Source: Candidatus Omnitrophota bacterium (lineage in GTDB: Bacteria > Ratteibacteria > UBA8468 > B48-G9 > JAFGKM01). Taken from it: a DNA stretch of 64,000 bases. Positions 17,036-26,964 of this stretch are shown here, in pieces. How positions within the stretch are numbered: position 1 is the first letter of the stretch; the number at the start of each line of letters is the position of its first letter. Location of the stretch: contig JAMWDI010000004.1 of the NCBI GenBank assembly GCA_023819375.1, forward strand, positions 130,190-194,189, given 5' to 3'. The notes beneath the pieces are model-generated. The model ran no database searches. It had not been told where the DNA came from and saw nothing but the letters and a program-made list of their open reading frames with translations. The translations under genes were made by a program, and so were the position numbers.

Positions 17036-18754
17036 ATGCCGACAAAGAGGGAAATTATTAATATTATCCAAAATGTAGGGCTGTGGGATAGAAAAAGTAT
17101 TGAATCTGCACTTGAGGAACAAGAAAGGACTGGTCAGCCATTAAGAGAGATTTTTCAGGGGAGGGGAATGCTTCCTTTTGGAGAAATAAGTCCTTCCTTT
17201 TATTTTCAACTTGGAATAGTTCAAAGAGAATTACCTTTAAGAGAAATCCCCCCAGAAGTAATAAGTATTCTTCCCCCTAAAGTAGTTAAACAACATAGAA
17301 TTGTTCCATGGGAAAAAAGAGAAGACACCCAAACACTTATTTTTGTTACAGATGATCCTATAAATATTCTTGCTGCTGATTATTTTAAAAAAATTGCTGG
17401 TATTGAAGGAATAAAAAATGTTGAGATTATTGTTACTTTTAAAGAAGAGATAGACCAGTTACTTGAAAAATATTATGGACAGGAAGAGATGGAAGATTTA
17501 ACTGCTATGCTTCAGGAGGCAAGCAGTGCTACAATAGATCTTGATTTGCCAAATATTGAAGAAGTTGAAGAAGATGAGGAAGCACTTGCTTTACAGGCAC
17601 CTGTTGTTAAAATTGTCAATTTGATATTTGTTGAAGCATTAAGAAGAAGAGCAAGTGATATACATCTTGAACCTCTTGAAAAAAAATTCAGAGTTAGATT
17701 TAGAATAGATGGTGTATTATATGAAATTGTTTCACCCCCAAAAAGAATAGAAAAGGCAGTAATAGCAAGAATAAAACTTATGTCAAAAATGGATATTGCA
17801 GAGAAACGTCTTCCACAGGATGGCAGAATAATGCTTGATATTGGTGGAAGACCGATTGATTTCCGAGTTTCAACATTGCCAGGGATTTATGGAGAAAGTG
17901 TTGTATTGAGAATTCTGGATAAAACAAGAATGCTTATAGGACTTGATAAACTTGGTTTCTTACCTGATGACCTTGAAAAATGGAATAGAATTTTACAATT
18001 TACAGGCGGTCTTGTTCTTGTTACAGGTCCAACAGGTTCGGGAAAAACAACGACTCTTTATGCTTCACTTCAAAAATTAAATACAATTGATAGGAAAATT
18101 ATGACAGTTGAAGAACCTGTTGAATATCAAATACCAGGAATAAACCAGACACCAGTTAATCCAGAAATAGGTTTAACTTTTGCAAATGTTTTAAGAGCAT
18201 TTTTAAGACAATCCCCAGATGTTATACTTGTTGGAGAAATTAGAGATAAAGAAACAGCAGATATTGCATTAAGAGCAGCATTAACAGGACATCTTGTATT
18301 TTCAACTTTACATACAAATGACGCTCCAAGTGCAATAACAAGATTAATTGATCTTGGAATGCCTCCATTTTTGGTTGCTTCTGCAGTTCAAGGAGTTATG
18401 GCTCAAAGATTGGTAAGAGTTTTGTGCCCATACTGTAAAGAAAAAATTGAACCAGATGAAAAGTTAAAAAGAGCACTTAAAATAAAAGAAGGGGAAGAAG
18501 TAAATGTTTGTCAACCTAAAGGATGTAATGAATGTGGATTTACAGGTTTTTATGGAAGAATTGGAATTTTTGAAATATTCATAATGAATGATGAATTGAG
18601 AGAACTCACTTTAAAAAGAGTTAGTGCTTCTGAATTGAGAGAAGCAGCAATAAAAGCAGGGATGAGAAGTATGTATGAAGACGGTATTTTAAAGGTAAAA
18701 ATGGGAATAACAACACTTGATGAAGTTATATCAGTTACAGGACAGGAGGAATAA
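17036..18754 (+). CDS. pilB: PilB/GspE-family extension ATPase (copy 1)
   Basis: ASDIHLEP, RLPQDGR, GPTGSGKTTT, LRQSPDVILVGEIRD, TGHLVFSTLHTN, CxxC...CxxC. Confidence 0.92.
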   Translation: MPTKREIINIIQNVGLWDRKSIESALEEQERTGQPLREIFQGRGMLPFGEISPSFYFQLGIVQRELPLREIPPEVISILPPKVVKQHRIVPWEKREDTQTLIFVTDDPINILAADYFKKIAGIEGIKNVEIIVTFKEEIDQLLEKYYGQEEMEDLTAMLQEASSATIDLDLPNIEEVEEDEEALALQAPVVKIVNLIFVEALRRRASDIHLEPLEKKFRVRFRIDGVLYEIVSPPKRIEKAVIARIKLMSKMDIAEKRLPQDGRIMLDIGGRPIDFRVSTLPGIYGESVVLRILDKTRMLIGLDKLGFLPDDLEKWNRILQFTGGLVLVTGPTGSGKTTTLYASLQKLNTIDRKIMTVEEPVEYQIPGINQTPVNPEIGLTFANVLRAFLRQSPDVILVGEIRDKETADIALRAALTGHLVFSTLHTNDAPSAITRLIDLGMPPFLVASAVQGVMAQRLVRVLCPYCKEKIEPDEKLKRALKIKEGEEVNVCQPKGCNECGFTGFYGRIGIFEIFIMNDELRELTLKRVSASELREAAIKAGMRSMYEDGILKVKMGITTLDEVISVTGQEE

Positions 18755-19900
18755 ATGGCGAAAAGAATAGAAGAACTTCTGGAATTTGTGGTTAGAGAAA
18801 ATGCTTCAGACCTTCATTTAAATGTTGGTCTTCCACCTATGGCACGATTACATGGGGGTCTTCATAAACTTGATAGTGAACCTTTGACACCAGAAGATAC
18901 TGTAAACTATATGAAAGCAATAACATCAAGAGAACATCAGGAAGAGTTACAGAGAGTCGGAGGAACAGATTTTGGATTTGCCTTTAAAGATTTGGCAAGA
19001 TTTAGAGTAAGTGTTTTTAAAGAAAGAGGACATGTTGCTCTTGCTTTGAGATTGATTCCTTATAAATTTTTAACCTTCCAAGAAATAGGCCTTGATGAAA
19101 ATACAATGAAATATATATTAACAAGACCAAGAGGATTGATACTTGTCACAGGTCCAACAGGTTCAGGAAAAACAACAACTCTTGCAACAATGATTGATTG
19201 GATAAATACAAATCTTGACAAACATATAATAACGATAGAGGACCCAATAGAATATTATCATCCTCACAAAAGATCAATAATTAGTCAGAGAGAACTTGGA
19301 GTAGATGTTCCAACATTTGCAGAGGCATTAAGAAGAGGATTGAGACAGGATCCAGATGTATTTCTTGTTGGTGAAATGAGGGATCTTGAAACAATTGAAG
19401 CAGCAATAACAGCAGCAGAAACAGGTCATATTGTATTTGCTACATTACATACGACAGGTGCAGCAAGGACAGTTGATAGAATTGTTAATGTTTTTCCAGT
19501 TGCACAACAGGAACAAATACGTGTTATGCTTTCAGTTTCAATTTTAGCAATTATATCTCAAGTATTGTTAAAAAGAATAGATAAACCAGGAAGAGTTGCT
19601 GCTTTTGAAATAATGATTGCTACGCCCTCAATTCAGAATTTGATAAGGGAAAGGAAAACTTACAGGATCATTTCAGAAATACAGACAGGTGGAAAATGGG
19701 GAATGGTTACAATGGATTCCTTTTTAATGAAATTATTTAAGGAGGGGAAAATTGGTCTTGATGATGTTTTGACATACTCCTATGACCCAGAAAACGTGAA
19801 GGCACAACTTGTTGCAGAAGGTGTCCTTGGAGAAGAGGTTCTTGCTGAAAAAAGGAAAGAAGGAATAGAAGCAGAAATGGAAAGAGAAGGGGTAAAATAA
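18755..19900 (+). CDS. pilT: Type IV pilus retraction ATPase
   Basis: ASDLHL, GPTGSGKTTT, TIEDPIEY, LRQDPDVFLVGEMRD, AAETGH, SIQNLIRE (AIRNLIRE-like). Confidence 0.95.
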   Translation: MAKRIEELLEFVVRENASDLHLNVGLPPMARLHGGLHKLDSEPLTPEDTVNYMKAITSREHQEELQRVGGTDFGFAFKDLARFRVSVFKERGHVALALRLIPYKFLTFQEIGLDENTMKYILTRPRGLILVTGPTGSGKTTTLATMIDWINTNLDKHIITIEDPIEYYHPHKRSIISQRELGVDVPTFAEALRRGLRQDPDVFLVGEMRDLETIEAAITAAETGHIVFATLHTTGAARTVDRIVNVFPVAQQEQIRVMLSVSILAIISQVLLKRIDKPGRVAAFEIMIATPSIQNLIRERKTYRIISEIQTGGKWGMVTMDSFLMKLFKEGKIGLDDVLTYSYDPENVKAQLVAEGVLGEEVLAEKRKEGIEAEMEREGVK

Positions 19901-21618
19901 TGACTGCAAGAAAATTACTTGGGCAAATGTTAATAGAGGAAGGGCTTATAACAGAACAACAACTGAGAATTGCTTTAGAAAAACAGAGACAAACAGGTCA
20001 TTTCCTTGGCAGAATTCTTGTAGATCTTGGTTTTGTTTCAGAAAAAGATTTAAAAAGAGTGTTAAGTATTCAAGCAGGTGTTGAGATGATTGATTTGAAA
20101 AATACAGTTATTGACAGGAAAGCAATTGAAGTTTTTCCATCTGCTCTTGCAAAAACTTATAATGTAATGCCTGTAAAACTTGAAAAAGATACAATAACTC
20201 TTGCAGTTGGAGATACATTGAGTTTAAATATTCAAGATGATATTTCATTTATTCTTGGATATAAAATCAAAATGGTTCTTGCTGATGAAAATGATATTAA
20301 GGAAGCAATTGAAACACACTATGGAAAAGAAATAGAAACAATAGATGACCTTATAAAATGGCTTGCTCAAGATGTTGAAGAAATGGAAGAACTTGAAGCA
20401 ATAGCAAGCCAAGGAGAATATGCAACAATTACATCCCTTGAAGAAATTGCTTCTTTACCACCTGTAGTAAAATTATTTGATTTGATTTTGCTTCAAACTG
20501 TAAGAGATAATGCCTCTGACGTGCATCTTGAACCATTTGAGGATGATTTTAGAATAAGGTATAGAGTTGATGGTGTTTTATATGATCTTGTTCATCCACC
20601 AAAAGGACTTGCTTTTGCACTATTCTGTAGATTTAAAATTATGGCTGGAATGGATATAGCAGAAAGAAGATTACCACAAGATGGAAGAATTGAATTATCA
20701 GTTATGGGAAGAGCAGTTGACTTGCGTGTGAATACGGTTCCAACTGTTTTTGGTGAATGTCTTGCAATTCGTGTTCTTGATAGAGGAAAGACAATCTTTG
20801 AACTTGAAAATTTAGGTCTTTTACCAGAAGATATGGAAAAAATAGAGAAGATGATAAAAAAACCTCATGGAATAATTCTTGCAACAGGACCTACTGGATG
20901 TGGTAAAACAACAACTTTATATGCTATCTTAAGGAAATTAAATACACCAGATGTAAAAGTAATAACAACAGAGGACCCAGTTGAATACATGCTTGAGGGA
21001 GCAATACAGGTACCAATAAAAGAGCACATAGGACTTACTTTTGCAAGGTGTTTAAGAAGTATATTAAGACAGGACCCTGATATCATACTTGTTGGTGAAG
21101 TAAGGGATTTTGATACAGCACAGATGGCAATTCAGGCTTCATTGACAGGTCACATAGTTTTAAGTACACTTCACACAAATGATGCTCCAACTACAATTTA
21201 CCGACTTGTAGATATGAATGTTGAACCATTTTTACTTGCTTCTACAATTGAAGGAGTTATTGCACAACGACTTGTTAGAGTTTTGTGTCCAAGATGTAAA
21301 AAAGAATATAGACCAACAAAACAGGAATTAATGCAGGTTGGATTAACTCCTGAAAAAGCAGAAGGAATGAAATTTTATAAGGCAGTTGGTTGTCCTTTCT
21401 GTAGAGGCGGATATAAAGGAAGAACAGGTATTTTTGAAATTTTGACTCCAAATGAAAAATTCTGGCAGGCAATATATGAAAGAAGACCACTTGGAGAAAT
21501 AAGAGAAATTGCTGTAAGGGAATGTGGAATGAAAACATTGCTTGAAGATGGACTTAAAAAGATAGATATGGGTATAACAACTATAGAGGAAGTAGCAAGA
21601 GAAGTTCATGGTTATTAA
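19900..21618 (+). CDS. pilB: PilB/GspE-family extension ATPase (copy 2)
   Basis: N-terminal KLLGQMLIEEGLITEQQLRIALEKQ...FLGRILVDLG (MshEN-like), GPTGCGKTTT, LRQDPD, CPRC...CPFC. Confidence 0.92.
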   Translation: MTARKLLGQMLIEEGLITEQQLRIALEKQRQTGHFLGRILVDLGFVSEKDLKRVLSIQAGVEMIDLKNTVIDRKAIEVFPSALAKTYNVMPVKLEKDTITLAVGDTLSLNIQDDISFILGYKIKMVLADENDIKEAIETHYGKEIETIDDLIKWLAQDVEEMEELEAIASQGEYATITSLEEIASLPPVVKLFDLILLQTVRDNASDVHLEPFEDDFRIRYRVDGVLYDLVHPPKGLAFALFCRFKIMAGMDIAERRLPQDGRIELSVMGRAVDLRVNTVPTVFGECLAIRVLDRGKTIFELENLGLLPEDMEKIEKMIKKPHGIILATGPTGCGKTTTLYAILRKLNTPDVKVITTEDPVEYMLEGAIQVPIKEHIGLTFARCLRSILRQDPDIILVGEVRDFDTAQMAIQASLTGHIVLSTLHTNDAPTTIYRLVDMNVEPFLLASTIEGVIAQRLVRVLCPRCKKEYRPTKQELMQVGLTPEKAEGMKFYKAVGCPFCRGGYKGRTGIFEILTPNEKFWQAIYERRPLGEIREIAVRECGMKTLLEDGLKKIDMGITTIEEVAREVHGY

Positions 21619-21642
21619 TTTATAAAAAATTAAGGGGGTAAA

Positions 21643-22962
21643 ATGGCTCTCTTTCAATATAATGCAATAGATAGTTCTGGAAAGCCATTAAGTGGAACAA
21701 TAGATGCTTCAGGAGTTAGTGATGCTATAGCGAAATTGAAAAGTATGGGTTATTTTGTTACAAGTGTTACTCCAGCAAAGGGTACACCTACTAAGACAAC
21801 TGAAAAAGGAAAGACTACACAAACCAAGACAACAAAAAAAAGTAGTGCAAAAGGGCTTTCAATTTCCATATCCCTTCCCTTTCTCGGAAATAAAATAAAA
21901 CCAAAAGAGTTAATGATAATAACAAGACAGTTGGCAACATTAATTGGTGCAGGCCTTCCTCTTTTAAGATCATTGAGAGTTTTAAAAGAACAGAGAAGAG
22001 GAGCAGCAAGTAATATTCTTGGTAAAATAGCAGATGACATTGAACAAGGAGCATTATTTTCAGAAGCATTAAGTAAGCATCCCAGCAGTTTTCCAAGAAT
22101 ATATGTTGCTATGGTCAAAGCAGGTGAAGCAGGTGGTGCTCTTGAAATTGTTTTATCAAGACTTGCAGATTTTATGGAAAAAGAAGCAAAATTAAGAGGA
22201 AAAATAAAATCAGCAATGGCATATCCAACAGTTGTTCTTATAGTTACAATTGGTATGTTAACTTTTATTATGTTAAAAATAGTTCCTACATTTATTCAAA
22301 TATTTCAGGATATGGAAGTTGGAGACCTACCAGCACCTACAAAACTTGTTATTGCAATATCTAAACTACTTGCTCAGAAGTCACCATTTGTAGTAATGGG
22401 AATTTTTGCTCTCTTCATTTTTTATAGAATACTGTTAAAAATCAAATTTACAAGATACTGGATTGATATGCTTAAATTGAGGATTTTTCTTTTTGGACCA
22501 ATAATTTCAAAAACAATAATTGCAAGATTCGCAAGGACATTTGCTACATTGATTTCAAGTGGTGTTCCAATTTTACAATCTTTACAGATTGTTAGAGATA
22601 CTGTTGGAAATGAAGTAATAGCAAATGGAATAAATGAAATAAGAAACAGGGTAAGAGAAGGAGAAGGGATTGCCGGTCCAATGTTAAGAACAAAAGTATT
22701 TCCACCTATGGTAACAAACATGGTTGCAGTTGGAGAGGAAACAGGACAGATGGATGCGATGCTTGATAAAATTGCTGATGCTTATGAAGCAGAAGTAGAT
22801 TCAGCAGTTGCAGCACTTGCTTCAATGATAGAACCAATAATGATTGTATTTCTTGGTGGAGTTGTAGGATTTATTGTTATTTCTCTTTACATGCCATTAA
22901 TAAAAATTGCTATGAGTTTATCAGGAGCAACCGGAGGAGGTGGTGAAGGTGGTGGTGAGTAA
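21643..22962 (+). CDS. pilC: PilC/GspF inner-membrane platform protein
   Basis: [48 protein letters not shown]. Confidence 0.95.
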   Translation: MALFQYNAIDSSGKPLSGTIDASGVSDAIAKLKSMGYFVTSVTPAKGTPTKTTEKGKTTQTKTTKKSSAKGLSISISLPFLGNKIKPKELMIITRQLATLIGAGLPLLRSLRVLKEQRRGAASNILGKIADDIEQGALFSEALSKHPSSFPRIYVAMVKAGEAGGALEIVLSRLADFMEKEAKLRGKIKSAMAYPTVVLIVTIGMLTFIMLKIVPTFIQIFQDMEVGDLPAPTKLVIAISKLLAQKSPFVVMGIFALFIFYRILLKIKFTRYWIDMLKLRIFLFGPIISKTIIARFARTFATLISSGVPILQSLQIVRDTVGNEVIANGINEIRNRVREGEGIAGPMLRTKVFPPMVTNMVAVGEETGQMDAMLDKIADAYEAEVDSAVAALASMIEPIMIVFLGGVVGFIVISLYMPLIKIAMSLSGATGGGGEGGGE

Positions 22963-22976
22963 AAAAGGAGAAAATA

Positions 22977-23720
22977 ATGAGAAAAAAAACAGGTTTTACT
23001 TTAATGGAAGTTCTTATAGTGATTGCCATCATTTCATTTCTTGTTGGTTTACTCCTGCCTGCTTTATCCTCTGCAAGAGAAAGAGCAAGAAGAACGACCT
23101 GTGTGAATAATTTGAAACAATTAAGTGCTGCCTTTGAAATGTACGCTGAAGACCATTTTGAAAAATTTCCAGATGGAGAGACTGCTTTATATATAGGTAC
23201 AATAAATTCTTCTTTTAAATCAATTTATCCATTTTATATCAATACTGCTCAAACCTTTTATTGTCCAAGTTCAAGAGTTAGAGGATTGTTGCCACCAGAA
23301 AGTATTGGAGAAAAGTCTAATTTGCTTCCTTTAAATGATGGTGATCCTAAACCTGGTTATAGTTGGAAAGATTATAGAAATGAATGGTATGCTTCCTATT
23401 CTTTTGTTTTTGGTTTAAGCACTGGAAATAAATCAACAAAACCAGTTCCTATGATAAGTGATAGAGGAATTTATAATACAAGAGATTTATCAGGTTATCC
23501 AAATCTTTCTGGTTGCAATCCTAAAACTGGAAATCATGAATGGGGAATAAATGTTTTATATATTGATGGATCTGTTAACTGGATAAATCTAAAAGATATT
23601 ATATTTTCCTTGGATGCTGATGATGGAAGCCCTCGTATGGGAAATGTTGCTGCAAGACCAAATGGATATTCAGTTGTTCTCAATGAAGATGCAGAAAAAA
23701 CAGAATGGGGAGAGGATTGA
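22977..23720 (+). CDS. Prepilin-like DUF1559/H-X9-DG protein
   Basis: G|FTLME class III signal, [28 protein letters not shown]. Confidence 0.88.
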   Translation: MRKKTGFTLMEVLIVIAIISFLVGLLLPALSSARERARRTTCVNNLKQLSAAFEMYAEDHFEKFPDGETALYIGTINSSFKSIYPFYINTAQTFYCPSSRVRGLLPPESIGEKSNLLPLNDGDPKPGYSWKDYRNEWYASYSFVFGLSTGNKSTKPVPMISDRGIYNTRDLSGYPNLSGCNPKTGNHEWGINVLYIDGSVNWINLKDIIFSLDADDGSPRMGNVAARPNGYSVVLNEDAEKTEWGED

Positions 23721-23744
23721 TATTTTTATTTAAAGGAGGACAAA

Positions 23745-24425
23745 ATGAGAAAAAAAGGTTTTACGCTTGTAGAGATGCTTGTTGTTATTGCGATAATTGC
23801 TGTTCTTGCTTCACTTTTGTTTCCTGCTTTAAGTTCTGCAAGAGAAAAAGCGAGGAGAGCAACCTGTATGAATAATTTAAAACAGATAGGTCAGATTATT
23901 ATCATGTATGCTGATGATAATTATGAAACATTTCCTTATTCTGGTGAAAATTGTGATACTATAAGAGATGCAGAAATTGGGGATGAATTTAAAACATCCA
24001 TTGAAATTTATTTTGATAATTACCAGTTCTTTTACTGTCCGTCTAATAAAGCAAGATATTCAAGGTATAAGGAAAACTGGAATAGTGGTTTAATTGGTTA
24101 TACATATCTTGCCAATATTGACAAAAATTATGTTGATGATAACTATGAGTATTTAATACCTGAAACTTCTGCGAATAAAAGCATTAATAGATTGATTTTA
24201 ATGAGTGATAGGATTATTTATAATAAAAATCAAAACAGATGGGTAGAAGCAAATCATCCATCAGCAATCCAAAATCCAGAAAGTGAACCTCAAAAAGGAA
24301 AATTTTCTGCAGGTGGCAATTTTCTTTATGGAGATAGTAGTGTAAGATGGGTATCAGAGTTACAATTAGACACTGAAATTGTAAGTAGTTCTGGTTATTC
24401 TCAGAGATTAAAATTAAGTGAATAA
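23745..24425 (+). CDS. Prepilin-like DUF1559 protein (variant H...DS motif)
   Basis: G|[21 protein letters not shown]...[11 protein letters not shown]. Confidence 0.85.
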   Translation: MRKKGFTLVEMLVVIAIIAVLASLLFPALSSAREKARRATCMNNLKQIGQIIIMYADDNYETFPYSGENCDTIRDAEIGDEFKTSIEIYFDNYQFFYCPSNKARYSRYKENWNSGLIGYTYLANIDKNYVDDNYEYLIPETSANKSINRLILMSDRIIYNKNQNRWVEANHPSAIQNPESEPQKGKFSAGGNFLYGDSSVRWVSELQLDTEIVSSSGYSQRLKLSE

Positions 24426-24439
24426 AAAAGGAGAAAAAA

Positions 24440-25081
24440 ATGAGAAAAAAAGGATTTACAACAATTGAATTACTCGTTGTTATGGTTATTATTGCTTTTC
24501 TTGCAGGTCTTTTATTACCAGCGATAAGAAAATCAAGAAGCAAAGCATTAATAGATAAAGCAAAAGCAGAAATGGCAAATTTAGCAAGTATAATGACAAT
24601 GGTAAAAATGGATACTGGTTATTATGTAGAATTAAGATCTCTTGCATGTCCTATAATAGATGAAGATAACGAAGGAATATATATTGATTTATCAAGTAAT
24701 GATTGTGCTACTAATTCAGAAACAGTTTTTGCTTATTATAATAGAACAACTGGAAAGGACGATACTAGTTTTGAATCTCAATTAAGTAAATATGAAACAC
24801 CAAACTGGGATGGACCTTATATCACTTATCAACCAAATGCAACATATCAAGGAGGTAATGGTTCTGTTCCTGTTGTTGCTGCTTCTGGATGGGCAACTCC
24901 TTTGGAAAAAAAAGTTCCCTATGGTACTCCTCTTGACCCTTGGGGACATACATATCTTATTGCTTATAATGATACAGAAAAAGTTATGATAATTTATTCA
25001 GCAGGACCAAATGGAAAGATAGAGACTCCTGCCGGTGAAACAGAGCCTCGTGGGGATGACCTACTCTACAAATTTCGCTAA
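24440..25081 (+). CDS. GspG-like major (pseudo)pilin
   Basis: G|FTTIE, WDGPYI, DPWGHTY, IYSAGPNG...GDD (T2SS G C-terminal motifs). Confidence 0.85.
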   Translation: MRKKGFTTIELLVVMVIIAFLAGLLLPAIRKSRSKALIDKAKAEMANLASIMTMVKMDTGYYVELRSLACPIIDEDNEGIYIDLSSNDCATNSETVFAYYNRTTGKDDTSFESQLSKYETPNWDGPYITYQPNATYQGGNGSVPVVAASGWATPLEKKVPYGTPLDPWGHTYLIAYNDTEKVMIIYSAGPNGKIETPAGETEPRGDDLLYKFR

Positions 25082-25116
25082 TTATTAAATTTTCTAAAAC
25101 TTCTTTTATTCATTTT

Positions 25117-25335
25117 TTATCTGATTAAAATTTTTCTCACTGTTTTCTTTGTCTTTTCATATGTCTGAATTATAAACTTCTTTGCCATTATCTTATCTGC
25201 CATTAACAATTCTCTATAACTGGATAATATATTTCTAAATTCTTCATTCTTTTCTAAAAATCTCTTCTGTAATCTTTTTGCCTCTCTTTTACTCTGTGAA
25301 ATAAATGCCTCTCTTAGCCATATATTACTTCTCAT
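25117..25335 (-). CDS. Small hypothetical helical protein
   Basis: 72-aa ATG ORF filling an intergenic gap, host-like codon use, no recognised motif. Confidence 0.5.
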   Translation of the reverse strand: MRSNIWLREAFISQSKREAKRLQKRFLEKNEEFRNILSSYRELLMADKIMAKKFIIQTYEKTKKTVRKILIR

Positions 25336-25371
25336 ATCTTATCTACCTTGTCTACCTAAAAAGATTTTTTA

Positions 25372-25400
25372 TTGACAAAATAAATAATTATAGATAAAAT
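25372..25400 (+). promoter_or_regulatory. sigma70 promoter of the pilin-pilin-beta-helix unit
   Basis: TTGACA (25372-25377), 17 bp, TAAAAT (25395-25400); SD AGGAGGTG follows. Confidence 0.65.
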
Positions 25401-25421
25401 ATATATAAAATGAAAGGAGGT

Positions 25422-25497
25422 GAGAAAGATGAAAAGAGGTTTTACTTTAATAGAACTTCTTGTTGTAGTGGCAATAATTGCGATTCTGGCTGCTATG
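25422..25497 (+). repeat. 76-bp exact direct repeat, copy 1 (pilin 5' end)
   Basis: gagaaagATGaaaagaggttttact...ctggctgctatg is identical to 26196-26271. Confidence 0.9.
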
Positions 25498-26175
25498 CTT
25501 TTACCGGTTTTGGGAAGGGCAAGAGAAAGGGCAAGAACATCTTTATGTATGAATAATTTAAAACAAATTGCACTTGCGATTTTAGTTTATACCAATGATT
25601 ATGATGGTTATTTTCCTTCAAATTATACTTGCAGACAGGGTTGGGGTGGTTGGCCTGGTCCAGAAGCAGGATTAAACGCAAGATTTCCTGTTTGGAGTCA
25701 TATATTATGGAGGGATGGATATATAAAAGATAAGAAAATTTTTGCCTGTCCAAGTTATAGAGAAAAAAAGGGTGTGCCAAATGAATGGTTAAATGGGAAA
25801 TATGTTGGAGCAAGGGATTATGGTATGAATGGTTTCTTAAATGATTTATATATAGGTGGAAGAATACTTAAAATAGATAGGATTAAATCTCCTTCTTTTA
25901 TGTTTATGATTTTAGAAGGATTTAGAGAAGATATAACAGATAGATATGCAGCGGGTATTTATGCTTATCTTAATGATGCGGCAATAAGATATTTTAGAGC
26001 AAGTGCACATCTTGAAACAAGAAATGTCTGGGGTTCTTATCTTTATGGAAAAGGTGGAACAAATGTTGCTTTTTGTGATGGACATGTAGAATATATAACT
26101 GATTCAACAATGAGAGGAACTATGTTTGGAACTAAAAATTACTATTTATACTGGGATGCCAGAGTAACTTACTAA
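25429..26175 (+). CDS. Prepilin-like DUF1559/H-X9-DG protein
   Basis: MKRG|[36 protein letters not shown]...[11 protein letters not shown]. Start ATG 25429 after the SD. Confidence 0.9.
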   Translation: MKRGFTLIELLVVVAIIAILAAMLLPVLGRARERARTSLCMNNLKQIALAILVYTNDYDGYFPSNYTCRQGWGGWPGPEAGLNARFPVWSHILWRDGYIKDKKIFACPSYREKKGVPNEWLNGKYVGARDYGMNGFLNDLYIGGRILKIDRIKSPSFMFMILEGFREDITDRYAAGIYAYLNDAAIRYFRASAHLETRNVWGSYLYGKGGTNVAFCDGHVEYITDSTMRGTMFGTKNYYLYWDARVTY

Positions 26176-26195
26176 TTTTAAATTATATAAAAAGA

Positions 26196-26271
26196 GAGAA
26201 AGATGAAAAGAGGTTTTACTTTAATAGAACTTCTTGTTGTAGTGGCAATAATTGCGATTCTGGCTGCTATG
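26196..26271 (+). repeat. 76-bp exact direct repeat, copy 2
   Basis: Identical to 25422-25497. Confidence 0.9.
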
Positions 26272-26940
26272 TTGTTGCCAGCATTATCAAAAGCGAGGGA
26301 AAGGGCAAGACAGGTAAGTTGTATGAATAATATGAAACAACTTGGATTTGCTGTTTTAATGTATGTAAATGATTATAATGAATTTACTCCTCCGAGAGGA
26401 TATAAATGGGGGACTTCATATCTTTACTTCCCTAAACTTCTTACTTTATGTGGATATATAAAAGTTCCTTTAAAAGATTTTGATAGTCGCGGATTTACAG
26501 ATAAAGGAGTTTTTAAATGTCCAAGTGCAATAATTCCTTACCCTGGATATAAATTTGGAGGCATAGGAATAGTTATAGGGGTAGATACTGGTGGTCATTA
26601 TATGCCTGGAGGTAATTTGTGGACTATGTGGTGGGATGATCACTGGCAGTTCCGTCCTCCTGCAAAATATGGGAAGATTAAACATCCTGACAAAAAAGCA
26701 ATGCTTGGTGATTCTGAAGAAAGAGGAATGAATGCAGCATACATTCAATGTCCTATATGCTATTCAAATCTTGGATCTCCATGGCCTGAGATTGGTCAAA
26801 CACAAATTATTGGATATCTTCCTTATAGACGACATTTAGGTGGTGGTAATGTATGTTTCTGGGATGGCCATGTTGAATGGGTGAGATATCAAGATGCGAA
26901 AGCAAATAAAAACGATATATGGGGTCATTATGAATGGTAA
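26203..26940 (+). CDS. Prepilin-like DUF1559/H-X9-DG protein
   Basis: G|[35 protein letters not shown]. Confidence 0.9.
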   Translation: MKRGFTLIELLVVVAIIAILAAMLLPALSKARERARQVSCMNNMKQLGFAVLMYVNDYNEFTPPRGYKWGTSYLYFPKLLTLCGYIKVPLKDFDSRGFTDKGVFKCPSAIIPYPGYKFGGIGIVIGVDTGGHYMPGGNLWTMWWDDHWQFRPPAKYGKIKHPDKKAMLGDSEERGMNAAYIQCPICYSNLGSPWPEIGQTQIIGYLPYRRHLGGGNVCFWDGHVEWVRYQDAKANKNDIWGHYEW

Positions 26941-26964
26941 TTATTAAGTGGAAAAAAGGAGTTA

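Noticed and set aside
25422-26271. CRISPR array or diversity-generating retroelement behind pilin variation
   Set aside because: Only two repeat copies 774 bp apart, in the constant region; no cas or reverse transcriptase gene and no adenine-specific TR/VR pair seen.
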